DNA of 64,000 bases. Origin: Octopus sinensis. Taxonomy: Eukaryota. This document shows positions 63,427-64,000 of this stretch, piece after piece. The translations under genes and the position numbers were made by a program. Under the pieces are notes generated by a model. It worked only from the letters and a program-made list of their open reading frames with translations, searched no databases and was not told the DNA's origin. Position 1 is the stretch's first letter. Each line of letters opens with the position of its first letter. The stretch is from the NCBI RefSeq assembly GCF_006345805.1, contig NC_043001.1, positions 134,540,001 through 134,604,000 of the forward strand, in the 5' to 3' direction.

Positions 63427-63795
63427 ATAGGCGCAGGAGTGGCTGTGTGGTAAGTAGCGTGCTAACCAACCACATGGTTCCGGGTTCAGTCCCACTGTGT
63501 GGCATCTTGGGCAAGTGTCTTCTGCTATAGCCCTGGGCCAACCAATGCCTTGTGGGTGGATTTGGTAGACGGAAACTGAAAGAAGCCCATCGTATATATG
63601 TATATATATGTGTGTGTGTGTGTTTGTTTGTCTGTGTTTGTCCCCCTAGCATTGCTTGACAACCGATGCTGGTGTGTTTACGTCCCCATCACTTAGCGGT
63701 TCGGCAAAAAGAGACTGATAGAATAAGTACTGGGCTTTCAAAAATTAAGTCCCGGGGTCGATTTGCTCGACTAAAGGCGGTGCTCCAGCACGCGG
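63427..63795 (+). mobile_element. SINE family B, near full length
   Basis: Matches the 49425 copy. Confidence 0.9.
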
Positions 63796-63823
63796 TCACA
63801 TTTTGAATATATATATGAGTGTT

Positions 63824-63857
<34 letters not shown>

Positions 63858-64000
63858 TATATATATGTGTGTGTGTGTGTGTACGTATATATATGTATGT
63901 GTATATATATGTATATATATATAGACTTGTTAGAGAATTACTTTATGCTGACTGATGGTGATTTGTTGACACACTCAGAGGGGGACATGCAACATTTAAT

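Overview
AT-rich, microsatellite-dense eukaryotic DNA made mostly of transposable elements. The repeat repertoire suggests an octopus or related coleoid cephalopod; that assignment is inference. One host gene is recognisable: two + strand coding exons of PSMG4 (proteasome assembly chaperone 4) at 33940-34018 and 42326-42444. Its first exon was not found. Mobile DNA includes several tRNA-derived SINE families, many RTE LINE 3' ends, a CR1 end, Penelope-like RT and GIY-YIG fragments, a Helitron, an internally deleted Gypsy element with both LTRs and a TSD, mariner/Tc1/Tigger/hAT remnants and TTAA-flanked MITEs. The most notable unexplained structures are (i) four hammerhead-ribozyme-like motifs in short cassettes bounded by (TA)n, one directly behind a Penelope endonuclease, and (ii) fold-back palindromes of 78 bp to 1.08 kb, most starting right after a (TA)n tract. 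All analysis was by eye; family names come from recalled motifs, not database searches.
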